NCBI GenBank assembly: GCA_951406725.2
Contig: OX597836.1
Coordinates: 34,968,001 to 35,032,000, forward strand
Length of the DNA: 64,000 nt
Direction: 5' to 3'
Source: Octopus vulgaris
Lineage: Eukaryota
Position 1 is the stretch's first letter; every line of letters starts with the position of its first letter. Shown here piece by piece: positions 12,101-24,865 of this stretch. A program made the position numbers and the translations under genes. The notes under the pieces are model-generated. The model saw only the letters and a list, made by a program, of their open reading frames with translations. It was not told the DNA's origin and did not search any database.

Positions 12101-15100
12101 CTTTTACTCTTTACTCTTTTACTTGTTTCAGTCATGTGACTGTGGCCATGCTGGAGCACCGCCTTTAGTACATTGTTATCTTGTGGTTGTTATATGCAAC
12201 TCATAAAAGCATAGTAAATGTTGTTTTCGAATTTTGCAGGACGCAACTAAGTTGATTACATTGACCCACCCCCCAGCACTCAGCTGGTGCTTATTTTACT
12301 GACCTTGGAAAGAGGAGAGGCCAAGTTGACCTCGGTGGAATTTCAACTCAGAACATAAAGACAGACGAAATGCCATTTAAGCATTTTGCCCAATGAATCT
12401 ACCAACTTGCCGCCTTATGCAAAGAAAATATTGCTGTGGATTGTATGTCCTGGATTAGTTGTTTTATTCACAAAAGTAGAATGGAATTACCAGGATGTTC
12501 CAATTAGCAATGTTCCAATTAGCAATGTTCCAATTAGCAATGTTCCAATTAGCAATCAAACACGCCACACTTGATCCACATATTTTTCCTGTTTTATGTT
12601 CAAACTACCCAGATCCAGTCTTGCACACCTTCCTTATACGCTCTTTACTCTTTTACTCATTTCAGTCATTTGACTGTGGCCATGCTGGAGCACCACCTTT
12701 TAGTACTTATTCTCTCGGTCTCTTTTTGCCGAACCGCTAAGTGACGGGGACCGTAAACACACCAGCATCGGTTGTCAAGCAATGCTAGGGGGACAAACAC
12801 AGACACACAAACACACACATACAAACATATATATATATACATATATATGACAGGCTTCTTTCAGTTTCCGTCTACCAAATCCACTCACAAGGCATTGGTC
12901 GGCCCGGGGCTATAGCAGAAGACACTTGCCCAAGATGCCACGCAGTGGGACTGAACCCGCAACCGTGTGGTTGGTTAGCAAGCTACTTACCACACAGCCA
13001 CTCCTGCGCCTATACTGTTTTTTTTTTGTTAAATAAACAATCACATCATCGAATTCTCAAAGTTATGAGATAATGCATCATCATCATCATCATCGTTTAA
13101 CGTCCGCTTTCCATGCTAGCATGGGTTGGACGGTTTGACTGTGGGCTGGCGAACCAGATGGCTGCACCAGGCTCCAGTCTTGATCTGGCAGAGTTTCTAC
13201 AGCTGGATGCCCTTCCTAACGCCAACCACTTCGAGAGTGTAGTGGGTGCTTTAACGTGCCAACAGCACGGGGGCCAGTCAGGTGGTACTGGCAACGACTT
13301 TGCTCGAATTTCTCTTTTTTTTTTTTACACATGCCAATGGCACAGGTACTAGTAAGGCGATGCTGGTAACGATCCCGCTCGAATGGTGCCTCCTACATGC
13401 CACGGGCACGAAAGCCAGTTAGCCGCTCTGGTAATTTGAAACAATGTGAATAAACAAACACGTGCCAGTGACACATGAAATGTACCTGAGCTGGTGACAC
13501 GAAAAGTGGTTGGTGTTTGGAAGGGCATCCAGTTGTAGAAACCAAACCAAAGGAAACGAATGGAACCTGGTGCAGCTCTCCAGGTTACCAACTCTGGTCA
13601 AATTATCTAACCCATGGAAAGCAGATATTAAATGATAATGATAAACATTTGACAGGGTAATCCGAATGCTAAATGACTAATCTACATTTAGGTCTTTCAT
13701 TTTGGTTTTATTAGAAGATATATTAAGACAGATGACTATCACCAAGCAGTTTTAACCCTTTTCTTACCATATTTCTGTTGAAAAACAAAAAAACACTGCC
13801 TTTACTCTTTTACTTGTTTCAGTCATTTGACTGCGGCCATGCTGGAGCACCGCCTTTGGTCGAGCAAATCGACCCCGGGACTTATTCATTGTAAGCCCAG
13901 TACTTATTCTATCGGTCTCTTTTGCCGAACCGCTAAGTGACGGGGACGTAAACACACCAGCATCGGTTGTCAAGCAATGCTAGGGGGACAAACACACACA
14001 TATACATATATATACATATATACGACAGGCTTCTTTCAGTTTCCGTCTACCAAATCCACTCACAAGGCATTGGTCGGCCCGGGGCTATAGCAGAAGACAC
14101 TTGCCCAAGATGCCATGCAGTGGGACTGAACCCGGAACCATGTGGTTGGTTAGCAAGCTACTTACCACACAGCCACTCCTGCGCCTCTATTTATTTTGAG
14201 ATGTGTTTCTTTCAATTACTTTAAATATAACAAAGAATTTAGTAAAATGACTTAGTTATCATTCAGTTAGTGTTAGGAACATAAATTGTAACTAAGGTTT
14301 GGTGGAAGATTTTAATTCAGAACTTTTGAAAACAAGACATTTGTACCACAGAGCCAGCCGGGTTGGTATCGAAAGAGTTAAATAGTTCCCTAGTAGAGCG
14401 TTAGTGATTGCCAAGAATGTTTACAAAAAATTTGGCTACTATTTTTAGCAGTCAAGTGACTGTAAAGAAATTTCATTATGAACTAGTGTCCCATTAAACC
14501 TATACAACATTGATATTACTTCATCTCTAACCCTTTTGTTACCATATTTCTGTTGAGATGCTCTGTGTTTCTTTCAATTAATTTTCAATATAACAAAGGA
14601 TTTAGTAAAATAACTTAATTATCATTTAGCTAGTGTTAGGAACATAAATTGTGACTAAGGTTTGGTGGAAGATTTTAATTCAAAACTTTTGAAAACAAGA
14701 TATTTGTACTCAGAACCAGAGCAAGTTTCAGCTGGGTTGGTATCAAAAGGGTTAAGAATTGTTTCTCTATTATATATTTTAAAGCCTTTTGTTACCATAT
14801 TTCTGTTGATATGCTCTGTGTTTCTTTCAATTAATTTTCAATATGACAAAGAATTTAGTAAAATAACTTAGTTATCATTAATCTAGTGTTAGGAACATAA
14901 ATTGTGACTAAGGTTTGGTGGAAGATTTTAAGTCAAAACTTTTGAAAACAACATAGTTGTACTCAGAACCAGAGCAAGTTTCAGCTGGGTTGGTATCGAA
15001 CGGGTTAAGCTGGTGTATGGAGCATAAGTTAACATGAAACTTCAACTGAAGATTTTAATTTAGGTCACTTTAACCCTTTTGATACCATATTTCTGCAGAA

Positions 15101-16431
15101 ATAGGCTGTCTTTGTATCAGTAAATTTTGAAAATAAGGAAGTATCTATAAATATAATTTTGTCATTATTAAGCTAGCGTTTGGAATGTAAATTAACTTGA
15201 AATTTTGTGGGGAGGTTTTAACTGAATTATCTAGATTTTTTTTGCCTTTTCTTACCATATTTCTGGTTGAAAAAAAAAAAAAAAAAATTAGGAAAACCAC
15301 TGCCTTTGTTTCAGTTAATATTGAAAATAATTAAGAATTTAGTAAAACAACCATTTTGACAACTCGAATGAGTTTTTTTTTCATTGATTTTTTTTTTTTC
15401 ATTTTATTTTTATTAGATGAAGAAGAAACAGTGAATAAAGACGAAGAAGAAAAGAAAAGGCTGCAAATCTTTGCAAGTTTCAGAGACGCACCATTTGAGG
15501 AAATAATGGCCAGGTCTGAAGCCAAGGTAAGTTTACCACCTTTTTCCCTCATCAGTATCTTCCTTCCCTCTCTTGTAGTCATCACCTTTAGCCTTGTTAC
15601 CATTCTTAATTTTGTAATTACATTTGTCATTTTTAATATCTTTATCATCATTGTAATGAATTATCATCAATATAGATATTTTCATCATCATCATCATCAT
15701 CGCTGATGTCATCATGCCTGGACAAACAACATTAGTGTCAACAATAATATTAAAGTAGCAACGTGAAGTGTGAGGAAGATCTGGCTGCTGTTTCTAGCAG
15801 AAAGAATTATTGGTCAGAGGAAGCTTTACCCCTCTTCACACCTGCTCCTAAAGTAGTGAGGTGACTACCCCTCCCCACTCCCTCTTGCTATACTGCTACA
15901 TAACCCTCACTTTTCTCATGACCCTTAAGACTCATAAGGCTAAGGCTTAACTTGGTTTCCATGGCATTATACATGATTGGGATTACTACACTCACCCTGG
16001 ATGGGAAGCCAGTCTATCACAGGGTTAACTCCCCAATTATTGCTGGAACTCATAGAGCAATGTGAAATTGGTGTGTTTTCTTCAGGGATGCAGTACACTG
16101 CCCAGTCCTCTGCTTATCTACTTTTTATTTACTCTCAATTTCTTTTCAAACTACTCTTACTTCACTCACCCTCACTTTTTCCATATCTGTCTCGACTTTA
16201 CTCACTCATGTCTACCTTCACTTAACTCACACACTCTCTCTCTCTTTTTTTTTTTTTTTTTTTCATTCTTTCCCTCTTTTGCAGTCCAACCAGTTCCACA
16301 ATAAGCTTAATGAAATCCTGGATCTTGTGTCTAATCCACCTGAAAGTCCATCATCCACCACCAACCTCAGTTCTCCCGATGCTGCAGTTGCTGTCTTCTC
16401 TATGCAGATTCCAGACCTCTACGTCTATTGA
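4189..16431 (+). CDS. EFR3: EFR3 homolog (plasma-membrane PI4KIIIalpha adaptor; Drosophila stmA/cmp44E), 3' five coding exons; 5' exons lie upstream of the window
   Basis: Exons 4189-4319, 7818-7909, 12030-12072, 15417-15526, 16285-16431 have AG/GT boundaries and compatible phases. Spliced: ...LFSQKAIAESLQNNGHDTAGLDVPF...KVDDVTFDALKKMLNEEE...KKRLQIFASFRDAPFEEIMARSEAKSNQFHNKLNEILDLVSNPPESP...FSMQIPDLYVY*. This matches the recalled EFR3A/B C-terminus (ITFEALKK...FQKAPFEEIAA...LHDRLAQILEL...YEMKFPDLCVY). Confidence 0.92.
5115..5468. mobile_element. Short mariner-like MITE with a nested RTE 3'-end fragment
   Basis: Inverted ends gggtgtactgaaaagttcctggcttt (~5117) and aaagccaggaacttttcagcaccc (~5441-5465); an RTE-tail fragment at ~5250-5390 lies inside. 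Confidence 0.55.
5872..6307. mobile_element. Rearranged RTE-LINE 3'-UTR fragments in both orientations
   Basis: (CAT)n plus catgctagcatgggttggac...gatgcccttcctaac on one strand, with its reverse complement at 6175-6270. Same family as 13075-13400, 19213-19360, 21090-21570, 29303-29730 and 52997-53487. Confidence 0.75.
7020..7470 (+). mobile_element. 5'-inverted RTE-type LINE insertion with 11-bp TSD
   Basis: agtacttgcaa at 7009-7019 and 7471-7481. 7020-~7150 reads on - (AAAVGLRINTAKSKVM); ~7150-7470 reads on + (RRLRWFGHVCRR...LKTWVTTIKEDL). Confidence 0.8.
7818..7909 (+). CDS. EFR3: EFR3 internal exon (DTSDMTHSTSDIHSVNLDFDSTNGSPTVPK)
   Basis: ttttcag| acceptor, AAG|gtaagt donor, 92 nt, phase 1 to 0, fits both neighbouring exons. 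Confidence 0.85.
8028..8490 (-). mobile_element. tRNA-derived SINE, family A (~400 bp, internal microsatellite); most abundant SINE here
   Basis: On -: A box tggctgtgtgg, B box ggttcagtccc, central ccttgggcaagtg, tail gactgaaacaagtaaaagag. Approximate other copies: 10833-11207(-), 12641-13011(-), 13800-14186(-), 20655-21051(-), 22590-22975(-), 24897-25310(-), 25627-25820(+), 38343-38985(-), 39381-39800(+), 41012-41425(+), 46307-46740(+), 47353-47810(+), 48064-48465(-), 52703-53655(-), 57360-57690(+), 60588-61195(+). Confidence 0.9.
9380..11390 (-). mobile_element. Degraded Penelope-like retroelement (RT and GIY-YIG remnants) interrupted by a family-A SINE
   Basis: Minus-strand peptides LRPIVAGP, AMGTKAAPVLANLIMG, DIYYKPTDSK..LPFNSCHP, CGRPNCLT and ETFFIEKYKTRLN; many stops and frameshifts; SINE at 10833-11207. 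Confidence 0.88.
11640..11812 (+). mobile_element. tRNA-derived SINE, family B
   Basis: ggcg(a/g)gctggcagaa.cgttagc head, B box gagttcaaattc, gcctttcatcctttcggggtcga domain (MetaSINE-like, from recall). Other copies near 7490-7600(-), 12240-12415(-), 17470-17680, 17731-17958, 18194-18405, 41645-41838, 57130-57335(-), 59787-59880. Confidence 0.8.
12030..12072 (+). CDS. EFR3: EFR3 43-nt exon (KVDDVTFDALKKML)
   Basis: tttccag| acceptor, A|gtaagt donor; TFDALKK corresponds to EFR3 TFEALKK. Confidence 0.88.
13752..15360. mobile_element. Cluster of ~230-bp piggyBac-like MITEs (TTAA-CCC termini)
   Basis: Units start (t)taacccttttgttaccatatttctg and end ggtatc(a/g)aaa(g)ggttaa: 13752-14381 (split by a SINE), 14528-14756, 14780-15008, plus partial copies. 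Related ttaaccctttagcatt...atgctaaagggttaa elements lie at ~29100-29785 and ~30890-31089. Confidence 0.65.
15417..15526 (+). CDS. EFR3: EFR3 penultimate exon (EEETVNKDEEEKKRLQIFASFRDAPFEEIMARSEAK)
   Basis: T-rich tract and attag| acceptor, AAG|gtaagt donor; APFEEI motif. Confidence 0.92.
16285..16431 (+). CDS. EFR3: EFR3 terminal coding exon (SNQFHNKLNEILDLV...MQIPDLYVY*)
   Basis: ttttgcag| acceptor; TGA at 16429-16431; C-terminal PDLxVY signature. Confidence 0.92.
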   Translation, partial: SNQFHNKLNEILDLVSNPPESPSSTTNLSSPDAAVAVFSMQIPDLYVY

Positions 16432-17435
16432 TCTGCTCTGGTGTCTCCTTTTCATTGTTTCCTCCAAACAATGACCCAGTGATTTGGTGGGGAGTGGTGT
16501 GGGGGCTAGGAGTTGGTGAACACGTGTCCCTCTTTGTTTTTATTGATCTGTGTGTGTGTATGCATGGTAGTGCATGTGTGAGAAGCCACCTGTGAATATC
16601 TATATATGTGAATCTATTAAGTTTATGCATGCCTATCAATGAGTATTCAAGCTGTGTGAATCTGTATACGTATGCTCATGGTTGAAGTGTATGTGTGTAT
16701 GTGCGTGTGTGTGCGTGTGTGTTTTTTTTTCTTCATGGTATTATCTTTACATTTACCAAAGATAAATAGAGATAGTCCTCCCCTTCCTGTCTCTCTTTCT
16801 CTCATTACCTATCATCAAACATCCTTAGGGATCACATATCGGAAGGGAGCTTAGGGAAATGGGGGCAGAATGTACATATGTATATGTATACCACACATCA
16901 TACATTTACATAAAAGCAGCCGTCATACACAAGATTATTATTAGAGCCATACCACACTCTGCACATGCTTCAGAGCAACCAAACATTATACAGTACAACT
17001 ATGTGTGTATAACGCACTACATCCTACACTTAGGAACCATCTAAGTAGTGTTATTAGGCCCCTGATAAATTAATGTACAGGGTCCAATTCAATATATTTA
17101 ACTGCAACTACAGCATACAGAGCTCAGAACTGGTCCCTTATACCTGTGAGTTCTCTGGGCCTTAAGACTGCATTGGATATAATATAAACTGTATATTACA
17201 TAAACAGATCACAATGCACAGTATCAACCACATACATTGCTCACACACAGAGAGCCGTGGATACAGCATATCTGAAGAAAGTTGAGATGGTCATGGCGTG
17301 AACTCTTTTTTTTTTTGCTGAGATTGTCAGGCAAGAATGTGGTATTTAGTTTCTGAGTTCAAATTCTGTCTTGGTCAATTTGACTGCATCCCCCAGCCTT
17401 TCAAAATTGCTGCCCTTATTCCGAAATCAAAAACA

Positions 17436-17470
<35 letters not shown>

Positions 17471-19105
17471 GGTGACGAGCTGGCAGAATCATTAGCGTGC
17501 TGGGCAAAATGCTTAGTGGTATTTTGTCTGCTGTTACGTTCTGAGTTCAAAATCCGCCGAGCTCAACTTTGCCTTTCATCCTTTTGGGGTCAATAAATTA
17601 AGTACCAGTGAAACACTGGGGTTGATGTAACAGACTAGCCCCTTCCTGCCAAATTCCAGGTCTTTGTGCTCTTAATAGAAAGGATTATTTATTTATTTTA
17701 TTTTATTTTATCTATCTATTTAAACAATCTTAGGCGAGCTGGCAGAAGCGTTAGCACGCCGGGCGAAATGTGTAGCCGTATTTCGTCTGCCGTTACGTTC
17801 TGGGTTCAAATTCTGCTGAGGTCGATTTTGCCTTTCATCCTTTCGAGGTCGATAAATTAAGTACCAGTTACGCACTGGGGTCGATGTAATCGACTTAATC
17901 CGTTTGTCTATCCTTGTTTGTCCCCTCTGTGTTTAGCCCCTTGTGGGTAGTAAAGAAATATATTTAAACAGTCTTAATGGATGAATGGTAAAGTCAACCT
18001 CAGATGAATATGTACATAAAGCCAGATAAGTGTCACTAAGCCAGTTCCCTGCCTTTTTGTTATTAATTATAATAATCACTAGTTGGCCTTGTGCCTCTGT
18101 ATTCAAAAGAATTCTTAAATCTAGACAGACTAACTGATAAGAGAAAACAAAAAGGAAAGACGAAAATGTACCAGCAATAATAGGGAAATGTAAGGCAGCA
18201 AGCTGGCAGAATCATTAGCACACCAGGTAAAATGCTTACTGGTATTTCACCTGTCTTTATGCTGTGAGTTCAAATTCCACCAAAGTCAACTTTTTCTGTT
18301 ATCCTTTTGGGGTCAATGAAATAAGTACCAGTTCAGCACTGGGGGTTGGTGTAATCGATTTGTCCCCTCCTCTAAAATTGCCGGCCTTGTACCAAAATTT
18401 GAAATCAACGGTAGACAAGTATGTTGGTCTTGTTTATTATGTATGAAAGCGAAACTGCTGCTGCTGCTGATATTGTTGTTCTTGTTGTAGTTGTGTTCTC
18501 CTCTTCCACTACCATCACCACCAGTCACCAAGTTTCGTTTATTAACTCTCAATTAACAACAAACCAACCCCAATTGTTTTTTTTTGGGTTTTTTTTTTTG
18601 TTTCCTTCTTTATGTTGACAGCAGAGGTGAAGTGGAGTGGAGTTGAGATGGATTGACTGAGGTCGTAGCTTTGATTCACATCATTGGACGTTTCCACGGA
18701 GACGGAAATAGTGATGAGACAAATGAGGAGTGAGGTGTTTTGCAGCATGCAAGTGTAGGATGCAAGAACGCGTGCATCTGCTACCTGTGGTTCTCTAATT
18801 CTTTTATGATTTACCTTTCAACACCCACCTTAAAAGAAGAAAACCCAACAGAGAAGAGAATTATTAGGTGCCATCATCGTGTCCCCTTTTCTTCTACTAT
18901 AATCACCTCTTTCTTATCGAAATTCTGATGTACCCCCTCCCTCTGTTTGTAAAAAAAAAAATGAAAAAACAAATGAAAAGTAAAAATAGAAAAAAAAAGA
19001 GTAAAAAATCAAAACCAAATCTGATCCACCCCATTCCCACCTAAAAACAAAATAACACAGAAAACAATGTTATGTAAAGTGAACAGTAGTTTTGTTTTGT
19101 TATCT

Positions 19106-19111
19106 AATAAA
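19106..19111 (+). promoter_or_regulatory. Candidate EFR3 polyadenylation signal (implies a ~2.7-kb 3' UTR)
   Basis: AATAAA followed by a GT-rich downstream element (tgtttttgtctggttctgtgttgt). Not confirmed by transcripts. Confidence 0.4.
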
Positions 19112-19976
19112 GAATGTTTAATGTTTTTGTCTGGTTCTGTGTTGTACTTTTAACATTTTACGCTCCCACAACTGAATGCCTGTGAGACTTGGATAGATTA
19201 TGAATGCCATGCGTTAGGAAGGGCATCCAGCTATAGAAACACTGCCAGATGAGACTGGAGCCTGGTGCAGCCTCCTGGCTTCCCAGACCCCAGTCGAACC
19301 GTCCAACTCGTGCTAGCACGGAAAACGGACGTTAAACGATGATGATGATGATGATGATGATGCAAGAAGCCTAAACCGAACTGCCTGAGAAAGCTGTTGA
19401 AAATCACATAACAAGACAAAAGTCCCAGCTAGCCAGGTCCTCTCTTGAGCTGATCTGCCACGCATTTATACTAGGCCTCGAAACCAGTTTTATAAAACCA
19501 GTTAAAACCGGTTTTACATTACGATCAGTAAAACCGAAACCGATTTGCCAAAACCGATTTTAATGCTTCCTGTTTCTAGTTGTTTTTTTTTTCGTTTTCT
19601 CACAAAACATTTCTCCATTTTTTATTCTTTTGAAGAAATATCGTTGAAACTGAACTAACGGAACTGTTGTCGGTCGCCTTTAGTTGAGAATGCTGTCTGT
19701 TTCATTGAAACATATTGCATCAAATCAATTCTCCACTCAGCACCTTGTCATTTCCTTCGCTAACCCCTGGCTGACTCTTTGAATTTGGAGGTAACAGAGT
19801 TTATTCATAGCAAGTCAAGGGGATGCTGTTAGTCTTCAGTCAGGTGATCTTTCCCATTGAGCAAACGTAATAACCAGTTCCAGATTCATTTCAAGGAAGT
19901 AACACTAAATTATTTCTTAATTATTTTCATTAGCCCTAGCATGATAAAAAGAAAATCAGCTGTTTGGAATTATTAT

Positions 19977-20009
<33 letters not shown>

Positions 20010-20011
<2 letters not shown>

Positions 20012-20345
20012 AAGGCGCGTGGCTCAGTGGTTAGAGCGTCGAGCTTACGATCGTGAGGTCGTGAGCTCGAATCTCGGACCAGGCTGCGTGTTGTATTCTT
20101 GAGCAAGACACTTTATTTCACATTGCTCCAGTTCACTCAGCTGTAGAAATGAGTTGCGACGTCACAGGTGCCAAGCTGTATCGGCCCTTGCCTTTCCCTT
20201 GGACAACATTGGTGACGTGGAGAGGGGAGGACGGTATGCATGGGTAACTGCTGGTCTTCCATAAAACAACCTTGCCCAGACTTGTGCCTCAGGGGGTAAC
20301 TCTCTAGGTGCAAACCCATGGTCAGTGTCTGACCGAAGGGGGTCA
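20010..20345 (+). mobile_element. tRNA-derived SINE, third family, inserted in (TA)n
   Basis: A box tggctcagtgg, B-box-like gagctcgaatctc, body ttcttgagcaagacacttt; a diverged relative lies at ~42535-42715. Confidence 0.75.
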
Positions 20346-20508
20346 CCACCACCACCATATATATATATATATATAATATATATACATAATTATAATTAGG
20401 GTTCAGCAAAATTTGCTTTACCACATACCGAAATTTAGAAATAGCAGTTAAACTACTATTAATTATTAATTAATTAGTTAATTTTACCCTTTATTATTAC
20501 TGAATATA

Positions 20509-20556
<48 letters not shown>

Positions 20557-21048
20557 TATCATTTAATGTACAAAGTATAAGTACGAATAGCTTGTTTCTT
20601 TATACAGATATATACAAACATACATACATGAATACATACATACATATATATATACTCTTTTTACTCTTTTATTTGTTTCAGTCATTTGACTGTGGCCTTG
20701 CTGGAGCACCACCTTTAGTCAAGCTAATCGACCACAGGACTTATTCTTTGTAAGCCTAGTATTTATTCTATCGGTCTCTTTTGCCAAACCGCTAAGTTAC
20801 GGGGACGTAAGCACACCAGCATTGGTTGTCAAGCGATGTTGGGGTGACAAATACAGACACCCAAACATACACACACACATATATACGACGGGCTTCTTTC
20901 AGTATCCTTCTACCAAATCCACTCACAAGGCTTTGGTCGGCGCCTGAGGCTATAATAGAAGATACTTGCTCAAGGTCCCACACAGTGGGATTGAACCTAG
21001 AACCATGTGGTTAATAAGCAAGCTACTTATCACACAGCCACTCCTGTG

Positions 21049-21094
<46 letters not shown>

Positions 21095-21699
21095 GCATGA
21101 ACTCAGACCCGACAAATGAAGTGAGTTCATGGCTCACAGGACGGCCTGCTGTGCTAACCTTGGATCGTAGAGTGACCCGCTGTTCTTGAGGAGACCTGCT
21201 GAATCAAGTTCGTCAACATCAAAAAATTCAAATGGAAATTGTAGTTAAGACATCTCTGCCAGTGACACGTAAAAAGCACCGTTCGAGCGTAGCAGTTACT
21301 AACGTCACCTGACTGGCGTCCGTGTCAGTGACACGTAAAAGCACCAACCAATTGTGACCGTCTGCCAGCCTGCTCTGGCTCCTGTGCCGTTGGCACGTAA
21401 AAAGACACCCACTACACTCACAGAGTGGTTGGCGTTAGGAAGGGCATCCAGCTGTAGAAACACAGCCAAATCAGACTAGAGCCAGGTGCAGCCTCCATGG
21501 CTTACCAGACCCCGGTCGAACCGTCCAACCCATGCTAGCATGGAAAACGGACATTAAATGATGATGATGATATATATATATTATTCAAATCAGGTGTTAT
21601 TCAAAAGGAACTCAGCCACTTTGCCTCCACGAGGCCCAATGTTCAAAAGGTACCCAGCCACTTTCCCTCCATGATGCCCAATATTTGAAAGGAACCCAG

Positions 21700-22590
21700 C
21701 CACTTTGCCTGTGAGGCCCAACATTCAGTGGTTGATTTTTTTACTTGCCACCAGCACGATTGCTCTTGGCTTGATGGATCCTCTTAAGCAGAGCACATCA
21801 CCAAAGGTCTTGCTCACTAGTCATTGCCTCTGTCAAAGTTTGAATATTGTGCTTCACCACCTCGTCCCATCTCTTTTTGGGCCTACCTCTGCCACAGGTT
21901 CCCTCCACAGTTAGAGATCAGCACTTCTTTACACAGTTGTCCTTGACCATACACATCACATGACCATACCAGCGCAGTTGTCTCTCTTGCATACCACATC
22001 TGATTCCTCTTATGCCTAACTTTTTTCACAAGATGTTTACACTCAATCGAGCATGCACACTGACATTGCACATCCAGCGGAACATACAGGCTTCATTTCT
22101 CTCAAGCCTAGGACTACACATATCCTTGGCTGTTATAACTCATGTTTCACTGCCATGCAGCATAGCTGTTTGCACATGAGCATAAAAAATCTGCCTTTCA
22201 ATCTGAGTGAAAGGCTCTTTGTTGCCAGTCGGGGTAGGAGCATCAGTCGTGCTTGTGCCTTGTACAAAACCAAACTACATCTAATCTAGACTAACTCTCT
22301 CCCTAATTAGTTGGCTATGACTCTGCAACTTTCATCATCTGATCCAACAATTTGATACCTCTGTAATTATTTCCGTCTAAGGCATCACATTTTCCTTTGT
22401 AGCAGTTGACTATGGTGCTGCTACACCAGTCATTGGGTATGACTCCATGGACCACCTGATGTACATTATGGGTGACTAGACCATGACCCACACTGCCATA
22501 TATTTTAAGAATCTCAGCAGTGATTCCTGATGGGCCGGGGGCTTTCTCTGTCTTCATATCCTTAATTGTTTTATCTACCAGGGTACTCTC
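21700..22590 (-). mobile_element. RTE-clade LINE remnant (RT start and ORF C-terminus, internally deleted)
   Basis: KAPGPSGITAEILK...IPNDWCSSTIVNCYKGK...NYRGIKLL, plus C-terminal HWYGHV...GRGRPKKRW. Confidence 0.85.
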
Positions 22591-24063
22591 TCTCTCTTGT
22601 TTCAGTCATTTGACTGCGGCCATGCTGGAGCACTGCCTTTAATCGAGCAAGTCGACCCCGGGACTTATTCTATTGTAAGCCCAGTACTTATTCTATCAGT
22701 CTCTTTTGCCGAAGCGCTAAGTGACGGGGACATAAACACACCAGCATCGGTTGTCAAGCAATGCTAGGGGGACAAACACAGATACACACACGCATATATA
22801 TATACATATATATGATGGGCTTCTTTCAGTTTTCGTCTACCAATCCACTCACAAGGCTTTGGTCGGCCCAAGGCTATAATAGAAGACACTTGCCCAAGGT
22901 GCCACGCAGTGGGACTGAACCCGGAACCATGTGGTTGGTAAGCAAGCTACTTAACACACGACCACTCCTGCGCCTATACTGTTGATTTGGGTATCTGATC
23001 CCTCAACTGGGTCAACATTTGGCAGACTCTTCTCCTCCCATTCATTCTCCACGTACAGCAGTCTTTCATAATGGCATCTCCAAGCCTCATTCTTTGTAGA
23101 ATCATTAAGCGCAAGTGCGCTATCATCCATGCGGACACATTTCTCTCATATGACTTCACAATTTTCTCCCACACACTGTCTTCAGTTTGTTGGCCCTCAC
23201 GGCGCTGAACATAGGCAAACTTCTCGTTTTCTGCTTCTCCCAATGATTTTGTTTATTGTGCTTGACCCTTTGGACTCTGACTTCATCCACTTCTGTCTCT
23301 CTTACTGGATGTGTCAACATCAATATATAGGAATAAATACATAATGAAAAAGAAACAGGCATCGGAGGGGTGATGCATACGTTGCCTGCAGATAAATCTT
23401 TTTGCAAATTATATTGTGGCTTACAATGCATTGCTTACCTATGCTTTTTAATTGAACTGAATTTTTTTTTAATATTAATATTAATTTCAATTTTTAATAT
23501 AAATATTATAAATATTTACACTCTGGTGAAATTAAGAAATCAACTTTTAAATGAACGAAATTCTCAAATCCATCAGTGTACACATGCACATACATGCACA
23601 CACACACACACACACACACATGCACAGCCTCATTTCTATGTATATATTTATGCATGTATGCACATGTATCTATGTGCATAGGTACACCATGACCTTTACA
23701 CATGCAGACGAGGGTTGATTCATATGAAAAAGAAAGTGAATAAAATAATGCAACCACTTATTGGGAAATCTGTAAGTTTAATTTTTAAAAATTAAAAAAA
23801 ATTTTGAATCAAACCAAATGTTCATCATTTTGAGCCACTCATCCAATGAGTATTTCTGCTAAATGTGGTGAAAATCCATTCAGCCGATTTCCAGTAATTT
23901 GGCAAACACACAGACAAAGGAAGACGAGTGATTACAATACACTGCTTTCGCTTACATATGCAAGGTAATTAACATAATTAATTCTTTTAGAGTGGCACCT
24001 TTCTTCTTAGCTACACACCATAGCTCATATATCATTTAAGAACTTTGAGTTATAACTATGCTT

Positions 24064-24228
24064 TTATCTTAAATTGTCTGTTGTAAACTGTGTAAATATC
24101 AATGGTGTGTAACCATAGACTTTTGTGAAAAAATTCAAACAATATTTTCTTTTGAAATTATGCCCTTTGCTTGTGGAAATGCTTTTCCTCCCACAATATT
24201 TGCAAGGAAAACCTAGTGTCTTTGTCAC
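24064..24228 (-). CDS. EXTL3: EXTL3-like last exon (VTKTLGFPCKYC...RKYCLNFFTKVYGYTPLIFTQFTTDNLR*)
   Basis: tttcag| acceptor; TAA at 24064-24066; matches recalled EXTL3 VTSRWTFRCPGC...[21 protein letters not shown]. Confidence 0.9.
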   Translation of the reverse strand: MTKTLGFPCKYCGRKSISTSKGHNFKRKYCLNFFTKVYGYTPLIFTQFTTDNLR

Positions 24229-24325
24229 CTGAAATGTATAAAAAACAAGAATGTTATTTTCTTAGACAATGGTAAATGACACAAACAGTAGAGACTGAGA
24301 CAAGATATAACAATATAGTTATGTA

Positions 24326-24865
24326 TTAGGTTGTCAAGAAAATTCTTGCAGTTTTTAATCTTTAAATTCAGATGCACATATCTTGGCTCAAACAAAACTT
24401 TAGCAATCGAAATAAACACCATCAGAATCAACAGACTTTTGCCAATGCAAAACAAGTATAGTTAAGCCAGTAGCATAAAAATCCTGCATTCTGGTAGCAA
24501 TGAAGTCGTTGAAGGTGTGTTTGGCATTGTCTTGGTTTTTTGACCATTGATGTGATGCTTGAAAATGTGGTAGTCAGTAGGTGAGAGTCTGGTGAGTATG
24601 ACGGATGTGGCAGAGTTTCGTAGCCCAATTCGTTCAACAGCTACAGGGTCAGTTGTGTGACGTGTGACCGAGCGTTGTCATGGAGAAGAATTGGCCTTTT
24701 TCTATTGACCAATGCTGGCTGTTGTTGTCGGAGTTTCTTATGCATTTCATCCATTTGCTGACAGTACTTCTACACCGTAATGGTTTCACCTGGATCTAAA
24801 AAGCTGTGATGGATGAAACCGGCCACAGACCGCTAAATAGCAACCATGACCTTCTTTTGGTGCAA
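24326..24865 (-). mobile_element. Truncated mariner (DD34D) transposon remnant
   Basis: TA followed by ttaggttgtcaagaaa terminus; minus-strand ILLHDNAR and LPHPSYSPD motifs with frameshifts. Confidence 0.8.

Noticed and set aside
12495-12555. 15-bp tandem repeat (aatgttccaattagc x4) as a coding or regulatory array
   Set aside because: An ordinary intronic minisatellite with no other support.
20010-20085. tRNA gene
   Set aside because: It is a tRNA-like head running directly into a SINE body, without a proper acceptor stem or terminator.
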